Below are positions 48,233 through 60,876 of a stretch of 64,000 bases of DNA, in pieces. The translations under genes and the position numbers were made by a program. The notes under the pieces were generated by a model. The model had not been told where the DNA came from. It ran no database searches and worked only from the letters and a program-made list of their open reading frames with translations. The stretch's first letter is position 1; every line of letters begins with the position of its first letter. Origin of the DNA: Sphyrna mokarran (lineage: Eukaryota); NCBI GenBank assembly GCA_024679065.1, contig JAGIQG010000003.1, positions 35,588,001-35,652,000 on the forward strand. Direction: 5' to 3'.

Positions 48233-51200
48233 TCTTTGCTCAATGTAATCCACTACAAGAGGTATTTCATATTAAAAGTTTGTTCTCAGCACTAAGTATA
48301 GATGCAATAAATAAAATATAACGAAAAATGACTTTTTAATTTGAAGCTAAACCTCTCTTGTGATGATACTGTATGATTTGTTTTCAAGTGCAATAATTTG
48401 CAGTAATTGGAAATTATTGGGGGTTTTCGACTCACAGCAATTACTCGTTAATCTTATGCATTCATTTTTCAGATTGGGAAATGGTAAATGTTAGTAAGAT
48501 TTTACAGGATTTGGCTGCCTGCATTACCACTGCACAAGTCTCAACAAAGAACCAGCACAGCAGCGTTATGTGATTTCCTGGAGTACAGGCAGGTAGAGAC
48601 AAAGGAGAAAGGATACACGATACAACGAAAGGGTTCTAAAAAAACAGAAACCTTTATTCCCACTCGAGGTTAGATGCAATACACAAAATTAAACTAATAA
48701 AACAAAGTTCATGCTGGATGTGACAAATTATACCTGACTATAAATTACATTTAGTGTGTTATAATTTTGCAAATTTTCCATTAATTCTTATTTTGACAAT
48801 CAATCTAAAATTATTTATACAATTGAAAATAAACTGGCGCATTGAATATGCCCATTGATTTACACCAATATTACTTACTTTCTTCTTTCAATTTCTTTAT
48901 TTAATTTTTCATGCATTTTCTGTGTGATTATAGAAAACTATTCTTGATGTTAACTTATTTTAGTGTCTATAGTTTCACCATCAGATGCTGTATTCCAGCT
49001 CAATAACCCTTCTTCTCAGATCTCATTGTATATGCCCCTTGTTGTTCTTTCTCTTTCATTAATTCCCTTGTTGCATCCTTACTATTTTTAATCAAACTAT
49101 CACAATGTTGTTGTATTCATTCTCCCTACATTAACTTCAAGTTCTCGCTGACTAAAGATGTTCATCAAAAAAAAGCAGCAGACATTGACTGTAAAACATC
49201 TGGCCAGCTGCACACACCATCGATCACTAATTGCTGCCCTGCAAAGGGAGGAATCAAAAGCTCCATTAGTGATGTGGAGTGCCTCCCCATCCTCAGTGAA
49301 GCACACTCATGCTCATTGTTGTCTGGGAGGGCCCTTGACAGAGGGAGTCATTGACTTTTTTCACAGGCTTTCCTGCAGAGTGGGTTGTGTGAAGTGCTAT
49401 CAAGGCACTGGTTGTGCGTGTGTATAGTTGACAGTTAAACGTGATCCTTTTCCTTCTCCAAAAAATAGAAATCACAGCCAGTTTTGGGAAATTGTGATTT
49501 TCTCACACTTTTTCTCATGTAAACGGCAACGCAGCTCACCACGTGTTCCATTCTGACATTGATATATTTATGATTCATTATGTTCACTATGCACTCACAA
49601 AAAACAGACCATCTCTATTTATTTAAAACATCAACTTGAGCAGAAGCTATTTGAAAAAAGTCAAACATAAAATATTACGTCAAAAGCAATTATTATTTAG
49701 ATCCATTGACTTTCAGCATAAAGCACTCTATATATGTATGCATGCATATTGTTAGCACCACATTTTTTAAAAAATGAAGGTACAAGGATTAGCATTAAAA
49801 GCAAGATTGCAAGGTATTTTCTCATAGTAAGTCAAAGATGGCATACAAGGTTCAGATTAAAACTTTGTCTCTTAGCGTGGTGGTATTTTCCAGTTAGACT
49901 GTGTGTTGTGATTTCTGAACTTCGATTCATGTAATATAAATGTGTCTTTAATATTCACTGCAGTCTTAATCCAATTCAGTTTAGAATATTAAAGCAGCTA
50001 GGAGAAGGGCCACCAATGGTCATATTAAAGAATCAGGGGAAAACCTAACACATTTCAAGATTTCATGCTGCATGTTAAAGGCAACATTTGCATCTTGATT
50101 ACATTTGTGGACCAAATTTAAATACGTTTTTAAAAAATGTCTTGTTACTATTCAAAACTACTTAAAGTTTTAGTTAATGGCTGTACCGTTGGTGAGGCCA
50201 TTGGTCAGTGCTACATAGCCTAAAATCATCCCCCTACTCCCCCCCATCTAAGTCCAATATCCAACCCATCTCTACAATTAATTTGACTCTTAGCATTTAT
50301 GTCTGGTAAAATAACGTTCTCGAATATTCTTGCAACTACTGCCTTACACTACTACCTCAATCATCAATGCAGGGCCTGCAAATTCCACATAATGGTGCAG
50401 CAAATTTCGCTGAAAGGAAGGGACAGAAATTGGTTCAGGAAATATGGCTCAAAAATGAAACAAAAAATTAATAAAATATGAACAAGATTTCTCCGTGATG
50501 TTAAAAGAACTTGTGGTAGAAACTAATGTGACCTTTCTTTTCCAACAGCCTCCTGCATTGCCAGGACTCATCATACATTTCAAACCTAATCCAATTTGCC
50601 TGTCGTTTTCCCAATAAGGCTCTGTGAGTATTGCGCCAATGCTATTTCTGCTTTCCCATCAGCAAGTTCACGACCTCTCCCTGCCCTCTTGATGACAGTT
50701 CATGCCTCGGGATTAAAAACTGCAAGCTCTCGGTGCATTAAATCTGCAATTCATCATTCTGGTGCAAAGGGACAGTGTATATGCACTGATTTCTGCCCCC
50801 CCCCGCCACTGAAGTTTCATTGGCTTCCAATACATTGGCCTTAATTATATATTCTAAATTAACCTGGCTCAACAGGAAAGAAAACGAGGCCACCAATGCA
50901 GATTAAAATCGAAGACCTATGTAATCATTCAACCTGAATTTATTTCTATTATTATTAATAATGTTGTCTCCTGTGCTGGCCAGAAGCTGGAAGTTATTGA
51001 AGCCAACTAGAAATGCAGTATCAATTCTGCGAACGTCTCAGCCAGCTGAAGTTGCTTTGATCAGTGTTAAGTCTGTGTACAGCACCCGGGTATGTCATGA
51101 TCTATCCACACGTATAACCACCAAACCCTGAGATGGGTGCTCCAATTCACTTGCGAGGCAATCCACAGTGCTGCGATTGTAGATAACTCATTTTCAATAG

Positions 51201-51894
51201 CTCGAGGTGTTCGGAGGATTTTTATTTTAGTCACACGAAAATGTATCCGGTTGCAAACGAGCTGCTATTTACTTTGTGTCGCTGCATAATAAAAATATTA
51301 TCAAATGACTGGATTAGAGATGAGCCGTTCATAAATAACCGGAAGTTCGCCTTGCATTATACTGCCAAATGCTGTAAACTGAATCCCCAGCCCGTTGGTT
51401 AGAATGAGGCGACAACCACACCTCAGGAAAGAAAACCCGTGAAACACCAATCTTCTTGCCGTTGTTTACTTAATGTGCTGTCATGGTATCTGGGGGATTT
51501 GCTTCCTTCTAAAACAAATCCACTGAAAGGAACTAAATCCGCCAGCCCTTGTGCTGAAAACGCCACAACAAGCAGGCACGCAACTCTGAAACCAGAGTCT
51601 AAAGCGGACTGCCACATGAGCAGCTTTTAAACTAACAGCCTGTATTTCACACACCGGCTTCCGTGATGGAAATGCAAAAGGAAAAGGGAGAGAAGGAAGG
51701 GAGAGGGAAAGCCCAGAATAATGTGCGAAATTCACTTCTGACCAAAAAAAAAATCCCAGGAGCACAGTGAAATTCACACCGTCCAGCCTCTTTCCCTGTC
51801 TGTCTGCCTTGGATGAGGGAAATGGTGCAGAGCCCATCAGCAGTTAACTGTGCGGCCGGGACAGCGGGAATGCAGACAAGAGAAAGCACGGAAT

Positions 51895-52283
51895 TCAGTG
51901 GCACAATCCCCAATAACATAGTCCCCAGTGATAGTCTCCAATCCAGCCCCCAATACAATCCTCAAAGACACAGTCCCCAATAGAGTCTCCAGTCACACAG
52001 TCCCCAATTACATAGTCACTAATGACACAGTCCCCAATAACAAAATCCCCAGTCGAATCCCCAATACAGTCCCCAATATCACAGTTCCCAATGTCACAAT
52101 CTCCAATAAAATCCGCAATGACACAGTCCCCAGTAGAGTCGCCAGTGACACAGTCCCCAATGTCACAGTTCCCAATACAATCCCCAATGACACAGTCCCC
52201 AGTAGCGTTCCCAATGACACAGTCCCCAATGTCACAGGCCCCATGTCCCAATGACAATACCCCAATGACACAGTTCCCCCAAT
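51895..52283 (+). repeat. 15-bp minisatellite (aatgacacagtcccc) with interspersed 12-bp variants
   Basis: About 25 units. It explains the MTQSP and GDCVI ORFs found in several frames. Confidence 0.92.
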
Positions 52284-55220
52284 GCGCGGGCCAACACATG
52301 CAGGAGACCCGTCTCTTTCGAGCGAATGGCCCAACCAATTTGCTAGTCCGTCCCCATTTACAAATTCCTTTATCGAGCACTTCACGCCTGCTGTTGGCAA
52401 ATCTTAGAAATCGGTACATGAAATTTCAGTAATTCCACTTTAATCAAGATTGCCAAAGTCCAGAGCTAAATATCAGAGCAGAGAATGCAACTGCGGGGTA
52501 GAAACTTATGTTTTATATTGTGTACGTTTATTAGTTTCATGATGGAGGGTTCATTCATTTATAATTCCAGAAATAAAAGTATCATTCATATGAATTTGAG
52601 CAAAAGGCTCATTGAAAAATTATTAAAAATAGTCCAACTTTAGGATTATGTCCAAAAAAGATCATCTTTCGAGTAAACTGCAGCGAAAATAAGAAATGTG
52701 ATGTTTTGAGTTTTATAAAATGAAATCCTCAAAAGTCTTGGGCAATGTATTTGCTGATTTTGCTGTTGAATGGGATGTTAAATAATCAAAATTCCTGCGA
52801 TTAATGTTAGCGCATTTGAGTTTGCATAATACATCTTTTAACATGGATACCAAATTATTTAGTTCATGGTTATGCAGAGGTCAGAGGATCCTTGTGCACT
52901 TGAATTCTTTAGTATTGTATTAAATGTGCAGAGATTGGATCACGGGATAACCTTTGCTTTAAATATCATTTTACCCAAATATGCACTGGAGGCATAATAT
53001 GCACTAGCTATCTCCAGAACAGAAGAAGTTGACAACGCAGAGGATTTTTTTAATATGTTTGACTCAGCTTTTTATGAATATTTAAATTATATACTGAGGT
53101 TAAAACACTCAAACTGTGCATACTTTCTGTGAATCCCGTAGCAATCTAGCACTGATGTTGTCTAATTACAGGATTCCGCCCTGGAAAGCCGGCTGTTGTT
53201 TGATGAAGTTTTAAGGGAAAGATTAAACAATGAAATAAAACACCCCGCCGATTTGCGGGAGCAGCGATAAGTAATAGGGCTGACTGAAGGCCGAATTCGA
53301 TGCAGGGTTTTATCACGGGAGGATTTAGTCTGAAGTAAAGCAATGCTCTCAAATGCCCGAGATTTGTTACCGTCACTGGGAAACAAATAAGCCCCGTGTT
53401 GGCTCACAGCTCGCCTTCACCCGTTAACGTAATTGCTCCTCTCTGCTGTATTGGCAAGGCGGCGAATTTAGCACGAAAAAATAACATTGCTCCAACTGGT
53501 GCGATCGTGTTCATGGAGAGAATGTTAATTGTTGCCCTGTTAACCAAGGGCCCAGTCCTACTGTGACTACCCTGACAGTTTTAACAGAATATGAAATATG
53601 GAACAGAACAGCTTCTAGCTGTCACGGAGCAGCACTGAACATAGCTGTTTGATGTGGTGGGGGTGTGGAAGGTAATTACAATCTATGCTCGCCATATATA
53701 AATCTAGAGCCGGGATAGCTATCTATCTTTGCCGCGGTAAAATGTCATTAATGTCCCTGTGAAGTCCCATGTCCATTGACTGACTAACTTGTTACACTCT
53801 GCCCGCTTGAAAGCTGAAACCCCAATTGAGAGGGGTTTGGAAAACAATGTGGACGCCAGCATCCAAACTGATTGGAGGGGGGGGGGCAACAAATAGTTAA
53901 AAAGAGTTCATTTTTATTTTGGCGTCCGCAGTCGAATTGTAAAGTGGCTGAACACTGAGCAATGTTGTCCCGGGAGTTGCAATGATTGGAACTGCCCGAG
54001 AATTTCCCTCCTATCCCGGGTTGTAAGACGCAACAGCAGCTCCCACATACGGGTTCAGCAGTTCTCGAATTCCAGTCCGTACACATCCCAGTCAACCTGG
54101 TTTCTCCCCAACCCCGGCCAATCGAGAGCAGACTTGTTACTGATGAATATTTATTCCTCGGGCTACCAGACTTTGATTGACATCGGTTGTGGCCAAGATG
54201 CACAATTGGTTAGATACCCTCAAAGTCTTGGCATGCTTCGGGTTTCTAAACCCGTCCCGTGGAAATGTGAAAACAGGAATCTGGCAGATAAATCCCGTAC
54301 AAAACTTCATCTCAACTCCCACCCTCCAAATCGTCAGTCCTTAAGAAGTTTCCCTCGTTGCTTTGTTTACTTCCAAACACGGTAATTACATCCCCCCCCC
54401 CCAAAAAAGAGAAAATCCCCACACTTCCGAAATGAAAGATCCGGACTCCTTTGATTTCTCTCACTCCTTCGGTTTAAAGTTGCAGCGGGCGGAACACTGA
54501 TGCAGTGCAGGGTACACAGCACAGCGGATCGTGAACATGTTGTGCTGGCTGGTCCCTGTTACTGATTAGTGGCCCCGGCATGGAAGAGAGAACTCCGGGA
54601 GGTTGAGCTTTTGCCTGCCCAGGTACAAGAGGCAGCTTTGGCGAGCGGGGCCGATCGCAAACTTGGTTCACAAGAACGACCCCCCCCCTCCCCTCCTCCC
54701 AACCCATCAATTACCCAACCACAATCAGTGCAGAATCAAATCTTAGAATCGCAGTACCCCCACAGCCTCTCTCTCTACGCAGTATCGGCAGTACAGCTGC
54801 CGAAAATCAAAAAAAGAAATCCCTCTGTATATTTGAAGAACATTTCTTCCCGAGTGTAAAGTGCAGACGGGGGGCAACTATCTAAGACGTTAACTGTGCG
54901 CACCCTTTCTTGTATTAACACACAAAATCATGCCAGAAAATGTGAAGTAATGAACTCGGATTCATAAGTTTATGCAGCGGCCGTTTCCATACACACTCTA
55001 GATGCGGAATGGGCTGTGTTGGAATGTGAATACACTGGGAAAACAGAGAAACACATATCTCGATCGCTCTGTTTTCCTAGCAAGTGGACTCAGAGAGACT
55101 TGCAATGTAGTTGCCCCGATCTTGTTGCCTTCTCCGTTCCCCCCCCCCCCCCCCGTTTGACTCCAAATGGAAATTGCTGGATTTTAAAGAGTGATGAGAC
55201 CTCTAAAAGGCTGCCCCTAC

Positions 55221-55275
55221 CTTCAACAGCCATGGCCAGCGGGCAGAAGAAATAGAAAAACACCGAGATATCCAT
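55221..55275 (-). CDS. EPHB3: EphB3 receptor tyrosine kinase, coding exon 1 (signal peptide)
   Basis: Minus strand reads attATGGATATCTCGGTG...GCTGTTGAAG|gtaggg = MDISVFFYFFCPLAMAVE plus 1 nt. It is a hydrophobic leader with a good Kozak context and a GT donor in phase 1. It joins exon 2 to give AVE-E-TLMDS, the typical EphB N-terminus, and lies in CpG-rich DNA. Confidence 0.9.
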
Positions 55276-56582
55276 AATGTTAACGGTGGCCACCTTCCCC
55301 TCTCCTCCTCGCCTCGTCTTAGTCCAGTGCTGAGCTCACACTGCTCTCCCGATCGTTCTGGCACTTGGTCAGGAATCAGTAGTGAATGAGTGCGGCTTGC
55401 TGGGAAAGCCACTCACACACTGTCAATCAGGGGAGGCCAGTCCGCCCACAGCCTTTGCGATTCATTGCTGCAGTCTGCTGGATTGTGTGCACTGAGCGCC
55501 TCCTAACGTCCCGCAGCAGCCGTACAAGCCACACAGCAAACTGAGCCCAAAAGCGGACAAATGGACAACACCAGGCTCCCTCTCTAACAATAAAACACCG
55601 TTGAGCACGGATATATTGATTTATTGCTCAAATTACTGAAGGTCGTGCAGATATTACTAATCTCTTGACTACAAGGCAGTGTATAAAAGGTATTGACAAA
55701 TAAGTCATTACACAGGGATACCAGTGATTGTTCATCGATCGCCCAGTCTGCTTGTCATAGTGGCAGCTCACCAAATTCGGAAACATAGTGATTGCTTCGC
55801 CCGATTGCCAGAGTGCTTCTCTAAAGTGTTTTCAAGTACCTTTTATAGGTATAAAAATTACATAGTCCGAGATTTTCTTTAAAAAAACAGTATTTTTCTT
55901 ATATATACTGTATATAACGCTGACAATAATCAGACCTCAAGCCTGAAGGTTGTGATTACTGCAAAACACAAAAAGTGCTGTTTTAACAAGGAACGCACAT
56001 CTGTTCAGGTGTAAAACAGACCTGTCGCTCCTTGACGCTCGATTTAATTATAGTCTTTAATAGATGAAAACAGCACAACAGAAAATAGTGCAGGAACTGA
56101 ACATTAACGTTCTGCTACTGTTCAATGCGCTATCCTTGCCACAGTACTTTAAGCCTTTCATTCAGAGACAGCATTTTGTTTATGAATGACTTTTCAAGTA
56201 CATAAACACATATGCGACACAATTTTGAGTTCACGCTTTCTCTTGGAGGTGGTGGGTGGGGGGGGGGGGTTCACCATTGAAACAATGGTTGAGTGTGAAA
56301 CTCCTGAGAGCTATGTGGTAAAATCTTAATCATTAGGAGGAACAATCACATCACACCTATGACCGTCTGAAATGGTTAAAACGAATTCACCGGGATAATG
56401 AATGAAACATTCTCCGTCCAGCGGGAGACTGTGATTTACTTTGTATGTCGCGGCTCCACTAAAGATGGATAACATGTTGATTCGCCCTGAAAGTTCCCGC
56501 CTGTGTAGGAAGAATTCCACTATACTTGGCTTGGCCTCGTTAAAGATTTCTCTCTGTGTTAGGCCAATGCCAGCGGTGTGCC

Positions 56583-56612
56583 TGTGTGTGACTGTGTGTG
56601 TGTGTGTGTGTG
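56583..56612. repeat. (TG)n microsatellite
   Basis: tgtgtgtgactgtgtgtgtgtgtgtgtgtg. Confidence 0.85.
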
Positions 56613-59600
56613 CGGATTGTAGTGTGCACCGAGGCATGCGAACTTCACAGGCATTTGGTGACAATTTGGGCACCATCGACAGTTTTACAAATCACCCTGT
56701 AAAATACAAACAGCCTGAGCCTGGACACAATTCTGTGGGTCAAGAATATGCAGCTTCATCTCAGCATTACTGATCGTCACAGCAATTACAAGGAAACATA
56801 ATTAGTTGTGAGCGTCTAGACCCTAAATTCGCCCGGGTAAGAAATCTGACGAGGGAGTCAGAGCCGTGTTATTTCGTGTTAACAATGGGGACAGTTCAGA
56901 ATTTGAATCCTTGAAGTATGAGTCTGGGCTGAGGTTTGGCAGGGGGAAGCACAGTATAATTTAAAACAAATGTGGGAGCTTGTCAGCAAAATACTTCACT
57001 GGAAAACATATTTTATTGTACAATTAACAAATGGGAGTTATAGAAATAATAGAGATAAATTTGACTTTTAAAGGTGCATGCTTAATGGGCACATATTTAA
57101 GTGCAATCGGCTGAATAAACAATTTATCGCAATTTTAAATTTGCCTCCAACGTATTAAGTGCAGTGATTTCACAAGTGTGGTCAAGTCCGCCTCTATTAA
57201 CCAGCAGCAAGTTTACTTAGAAGCATATTTTTCTCATTCTAATCCAACCCACCTAAACAGTCCATGCTCGGCAGTTTGCACGCTACGTTGTAACAATACT
57301 GTTTATTCTCACTTTAATGTATCACGGATGTCATTTCAAATCTTTAATTTATATATAATAATACTGAATGACCAAGCCCTCATGCTCCTTCAGCTGTTTG
57401 TATTTCCCCCCTAAATTACTGCACATTATTATTAATTATTGCACAGGTATGCTCACTGATGTCCAAAAAAGATCCTGTCTTCATCTTAATCGCTAATGTG
57501 GATTTTTACAGTTCAAAGCTGAAGCAATTCTCCATTCGAATTAAAATACTCTTTCCTGTGTTTAATCTCCACACAGGCCATGACTTTCTCTTCATTACTT
57601 TCATTAGAAGCGACACACGGTTGAGACTGTCCCCTGGAGTACATAGAACCTTTAACAATGTGATCCCGCCTCCGAGGAACATATACTTGTAAGGCCTGCA
57701 TTTTTAGACTATCATTTCAACTGTTGAAATGTCCTCTCATACTCTCGTGGAGACGATAGTTTCTTTCACTAATTAAAACAGAAAACTGGCAACTGTTCTG
57801 CTGTTAAATAAAACTATTTCACGGGTCCATTCAGAAAAAGGAAAAGCTCAGAGCAGCTCACGAGTGCTTTCCCACCTAAACGTCCCTAAAATCCCAACAT
57901 TGACTTTTTCTTCAGAAACATGTCGTCCACATATACATCCTAAATTTGGCCCTGGTGTTATTGGCACTGTAAATTATACATGGCTATCTGATCAAATTTT
58001 ATTTTACGTGAACACATCATACTAGATGCTCATTTTAGGATATGTCACAATGGACGGTGCTGTTTTCTAATTGATGGGCAAGCATGTGTACATAGGCTAC
58101 AATGTGACGTTCTACTTTTTGCAATGGGCAATGTTAATATATGTACTTTAAGATCATTCTTTTCCTTTATATTTCCAGTAACAACATGAGTTATTGGGGG
58201 GCCAAATTACTGCTTCCAGTCATGAATCAGTGACTGCGGTTTGTGCTGATTCTCGGTATGAATCAGACAGGTGAATGAGCAACAACTGGAAACGGCTCTG
58301 ACTCACCTGGAAGCTGTATTCTTCCACAAAGCAAAATGCTCGTCAGATACCTCCTGACGTAAGCACTTGGTTCCCGTACAATCTCTATCAGGTTTACCAA
58401 CCATTTTAAGGCATAAACGTATCAACTGATAATTTGACACTTTCCTATTCAAATATATAGTGAAAGCCAGGCGTTAAAGATAAGGTTGAGTGCTTAAACA
58501 CTGTTTTCATTCTAAAGGTTAAAGCGAGGTTTGACTTTAATAGCTTCCCCTTTGTTGGTGCAGCTCCTGCAGTGCATCTACAGTATTCCGAGGGTAACTC
58601 TGGTACCATTCCTTTCACCCTGCCCCCCCCCCCCCCCCCACCTTTTGGATGACTTGCTCCCCGCTCTATTCTGTGAGTGCCTGTCTGTCTCTGGACCCAA
58701 CATCGAAGCTACACTCCAGCCAACACTTCCCCAACACTCGGAGCTGCTGCAACTTATGCTCACTGTGCCACTTACATAGCAGGAAAATAAGGGCAGCGCA
58801 TTGTGACCAAGGGCACTTATATTAACACCCAAAACAGGCAACTTCAACGCTCCGCTGTGTCATATTCGTATGTAAAGTTGTACACCAATAGCGCCTGCCG
58901 ATTAAAGATGTTTACGTTTGGATATTCAATTAAAAGAAAACATCTTTCTACAAAAACAAGAGACCCGCGCTCTTTAAACAATATCCGACAAGTGAGCAGA
59001 TAACTTATTACCAGTCACTTTACCGAGCTGAAGGTCAGATAGAAATGAACTGAAAGCGAATGAGGCTGAGCAGCGGTGTTGTGGAGATTGTGACTTTAAT
59101 CGGGTCATTTTCCTCTGGTGTTGAGTGTGGGGGTCACTCCTGATTTCAAACATCCGCATTAGAATTCACAAATATTTGTGGGTAAGTGGGTGGAGGGGGA
59201 GGTCACTGAAGTGAGAACAAGATTTGCACTCCTTAAACTTGCCGAGTGAAAAGGAGAAAATGAAGGGGTTAAATTTGCGATCCACTGTAAGAGAAGCGAG
59301 TTGCGGCCAGCCAGTTTTTTTTTTGGGAATGCCCTCATTGTGAAATCTCATTTTCAAACCCTACCGGCTCTTTGTCCCGCAGCACAGATCCAGAGAGAAT
59401 TAAGTCTCTGCCCCCAGCACCCCCCCCCACCCCCACTTCTGCGGTATCGTGGCTTAACTTTCGTTCAGAATAATTTGGTAGCCATGCATTCTCGGATCGG
59501 ATGGGACATGCAGTAAGATCAGAGTTGACCAACTATCGATTAAACGGCTCCAGGGAAATTTAAAAAAGATTTGGTTTTCAGTTGAAGGATTGACATCAAA

Positions 59601-60569
59601 GTGATTAAGTTCTGGGTTAATTTAGCTGAAACCGGCATCACACACTTGTGCTTTGTGAGTCTCGAGACACAATGTTAAATTAAAGATACTGAACATTGCA
59701 AGAGAGAGAGGAAAAAAATGAAGGCAACTATAGTTGAAAAGTCATGTTTATTCGGAGTCCGAATTCAACGAATAAAAAAAGTCAATTTTGCCTTTGTTTT
59801 CTTTTCCTTCCATCAGTCAATCGTTTAATGATAACATTTGAAAGTCGGTATTTCTCCCAGATGGGGCACAGATTAAGGACAAATATTAAATCAAGTCAAG
59901 AGATTTCGCAATTTCATTGTCACTTTATTGTGACTTTTCCCAGCATCTGAAGTCTCTGGAAATCCCGTTGCTGAGCCAGAGTGAAATCCTTTCTCAAATA
60001 CTGAGATTTTATTTCTGTGTTGTACGTGTCGAGAAATACACAAGTGTTTAAGATAAAACAAATAGTTATGGGAAAATGGGGTGCCGCGATTACTGAGAAC
60101 CTTTTTCGCAAAGTAAACCTTCAGGTGTGTATTTCTATTGACGTTACCAAGAGGCAATGTGTGTACTCCTTCCCTTTCTCCGATACTTTATTCACGGCTA
60201 GTTAGATTTGTGTGATAAATGCATAATCCTCCCATTTGTGTGTGTGTCCAGCAATCTATATGCTAATTCTGAATGGTAATAGATGAGTCGTCATTGGTAA
60301 CTCATAGACAGGCTTCAGTATAACACAGGGGAAGGTTTACATCCGGTCCATATTGTTAATGTGTTGCCAAACGTGTTATTTGTTTCTTGTCTATGTCCTG
60401 AAGCCAGTTCATAGAAAGGGACAGAAGGGAAACGCTGGTTCAAAGCCAAGCCTGTCGCGCCACCTACGGGCTAATACATATACAACAGGAGCGAGGCACA
60501 ATCTCAGGAAGTCCTTATTTGTTCTGCAAATACAAAATGCCAAAATAATTTTAAAAAATACTCGTTATG

Positions 60570-60868
60570 TTTTAAGTTTATTTATCAGTGTCACAAGTAG
60601 GCTGACGTTAGCAGAGCAGAGAAGTTTGTGTGAAAATTCCCTCGTCACCACACTCCAGCGCCCATTTGGTTACACCAAGGGAGAATTTAGCAAGGCCAAT
60701 GCATCTAACCAGTATGTCTTTTGCACTTTGGGAACAAATCACAGCACCCAGAGGCAACCCATGCAGACATGGGAAGAACGTGCAAATTCCACACAGACAA
60801 TGACCCAAGCCAAGAGTCAAATCCTGGTCCTTGGCACCGTGAGGCAACAGTGCTAACCACTTTGCCAT
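60570..60868 (-). mobile_element. V-SINE, alternative-tail subfamily
   Basis: tttatttatcagtgtcacaagtaggctgacgtta tail, V-domain, and head cagtgctaaccact. Confidence 0.82.
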
Positions 60869-60876
60869 TGTATCAT

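Larger units (their letters stand above)
53100..56900. promoter_or_regulatory. CpG-rich promoter and first-exon domain of EphB3
   Basis: CG dinucleotide density is visibly much higher than in the rest of the window and the region surrounds exon 1. There is a GC box (ccgccc) at 55442-55447. Boundaries are approximate, and weaker CpG enrichment extends from about 51000 to 60500. Confidence 0.7.

Noticed and set aside
51895-52432. Four overlapping 108-174 aa ORFs (GDCVI, MTQSP and similar repeats), and a CRISPR-like appearance
   Set aside because: This is a tandem minisatellite with units divisible by 3. It has no unique spacers and no cas genes, and the context is eukaryotic.
53784-54859. Cluster of 60-139 aa ORFs in the CpG-rich region
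   Set aside because: Expected in GC-rich DNA with few stop codons. There is no recognisable protein similarity or exon structure.
55276-55293. GTG-initiated N-terminal extension (MATVNI) of EphB3 in the ORF track
   Set aside because: It is a non-ATG start from the ORF caller. The ATG at 55275 has a strong context and gives a normal-length signal peptide.
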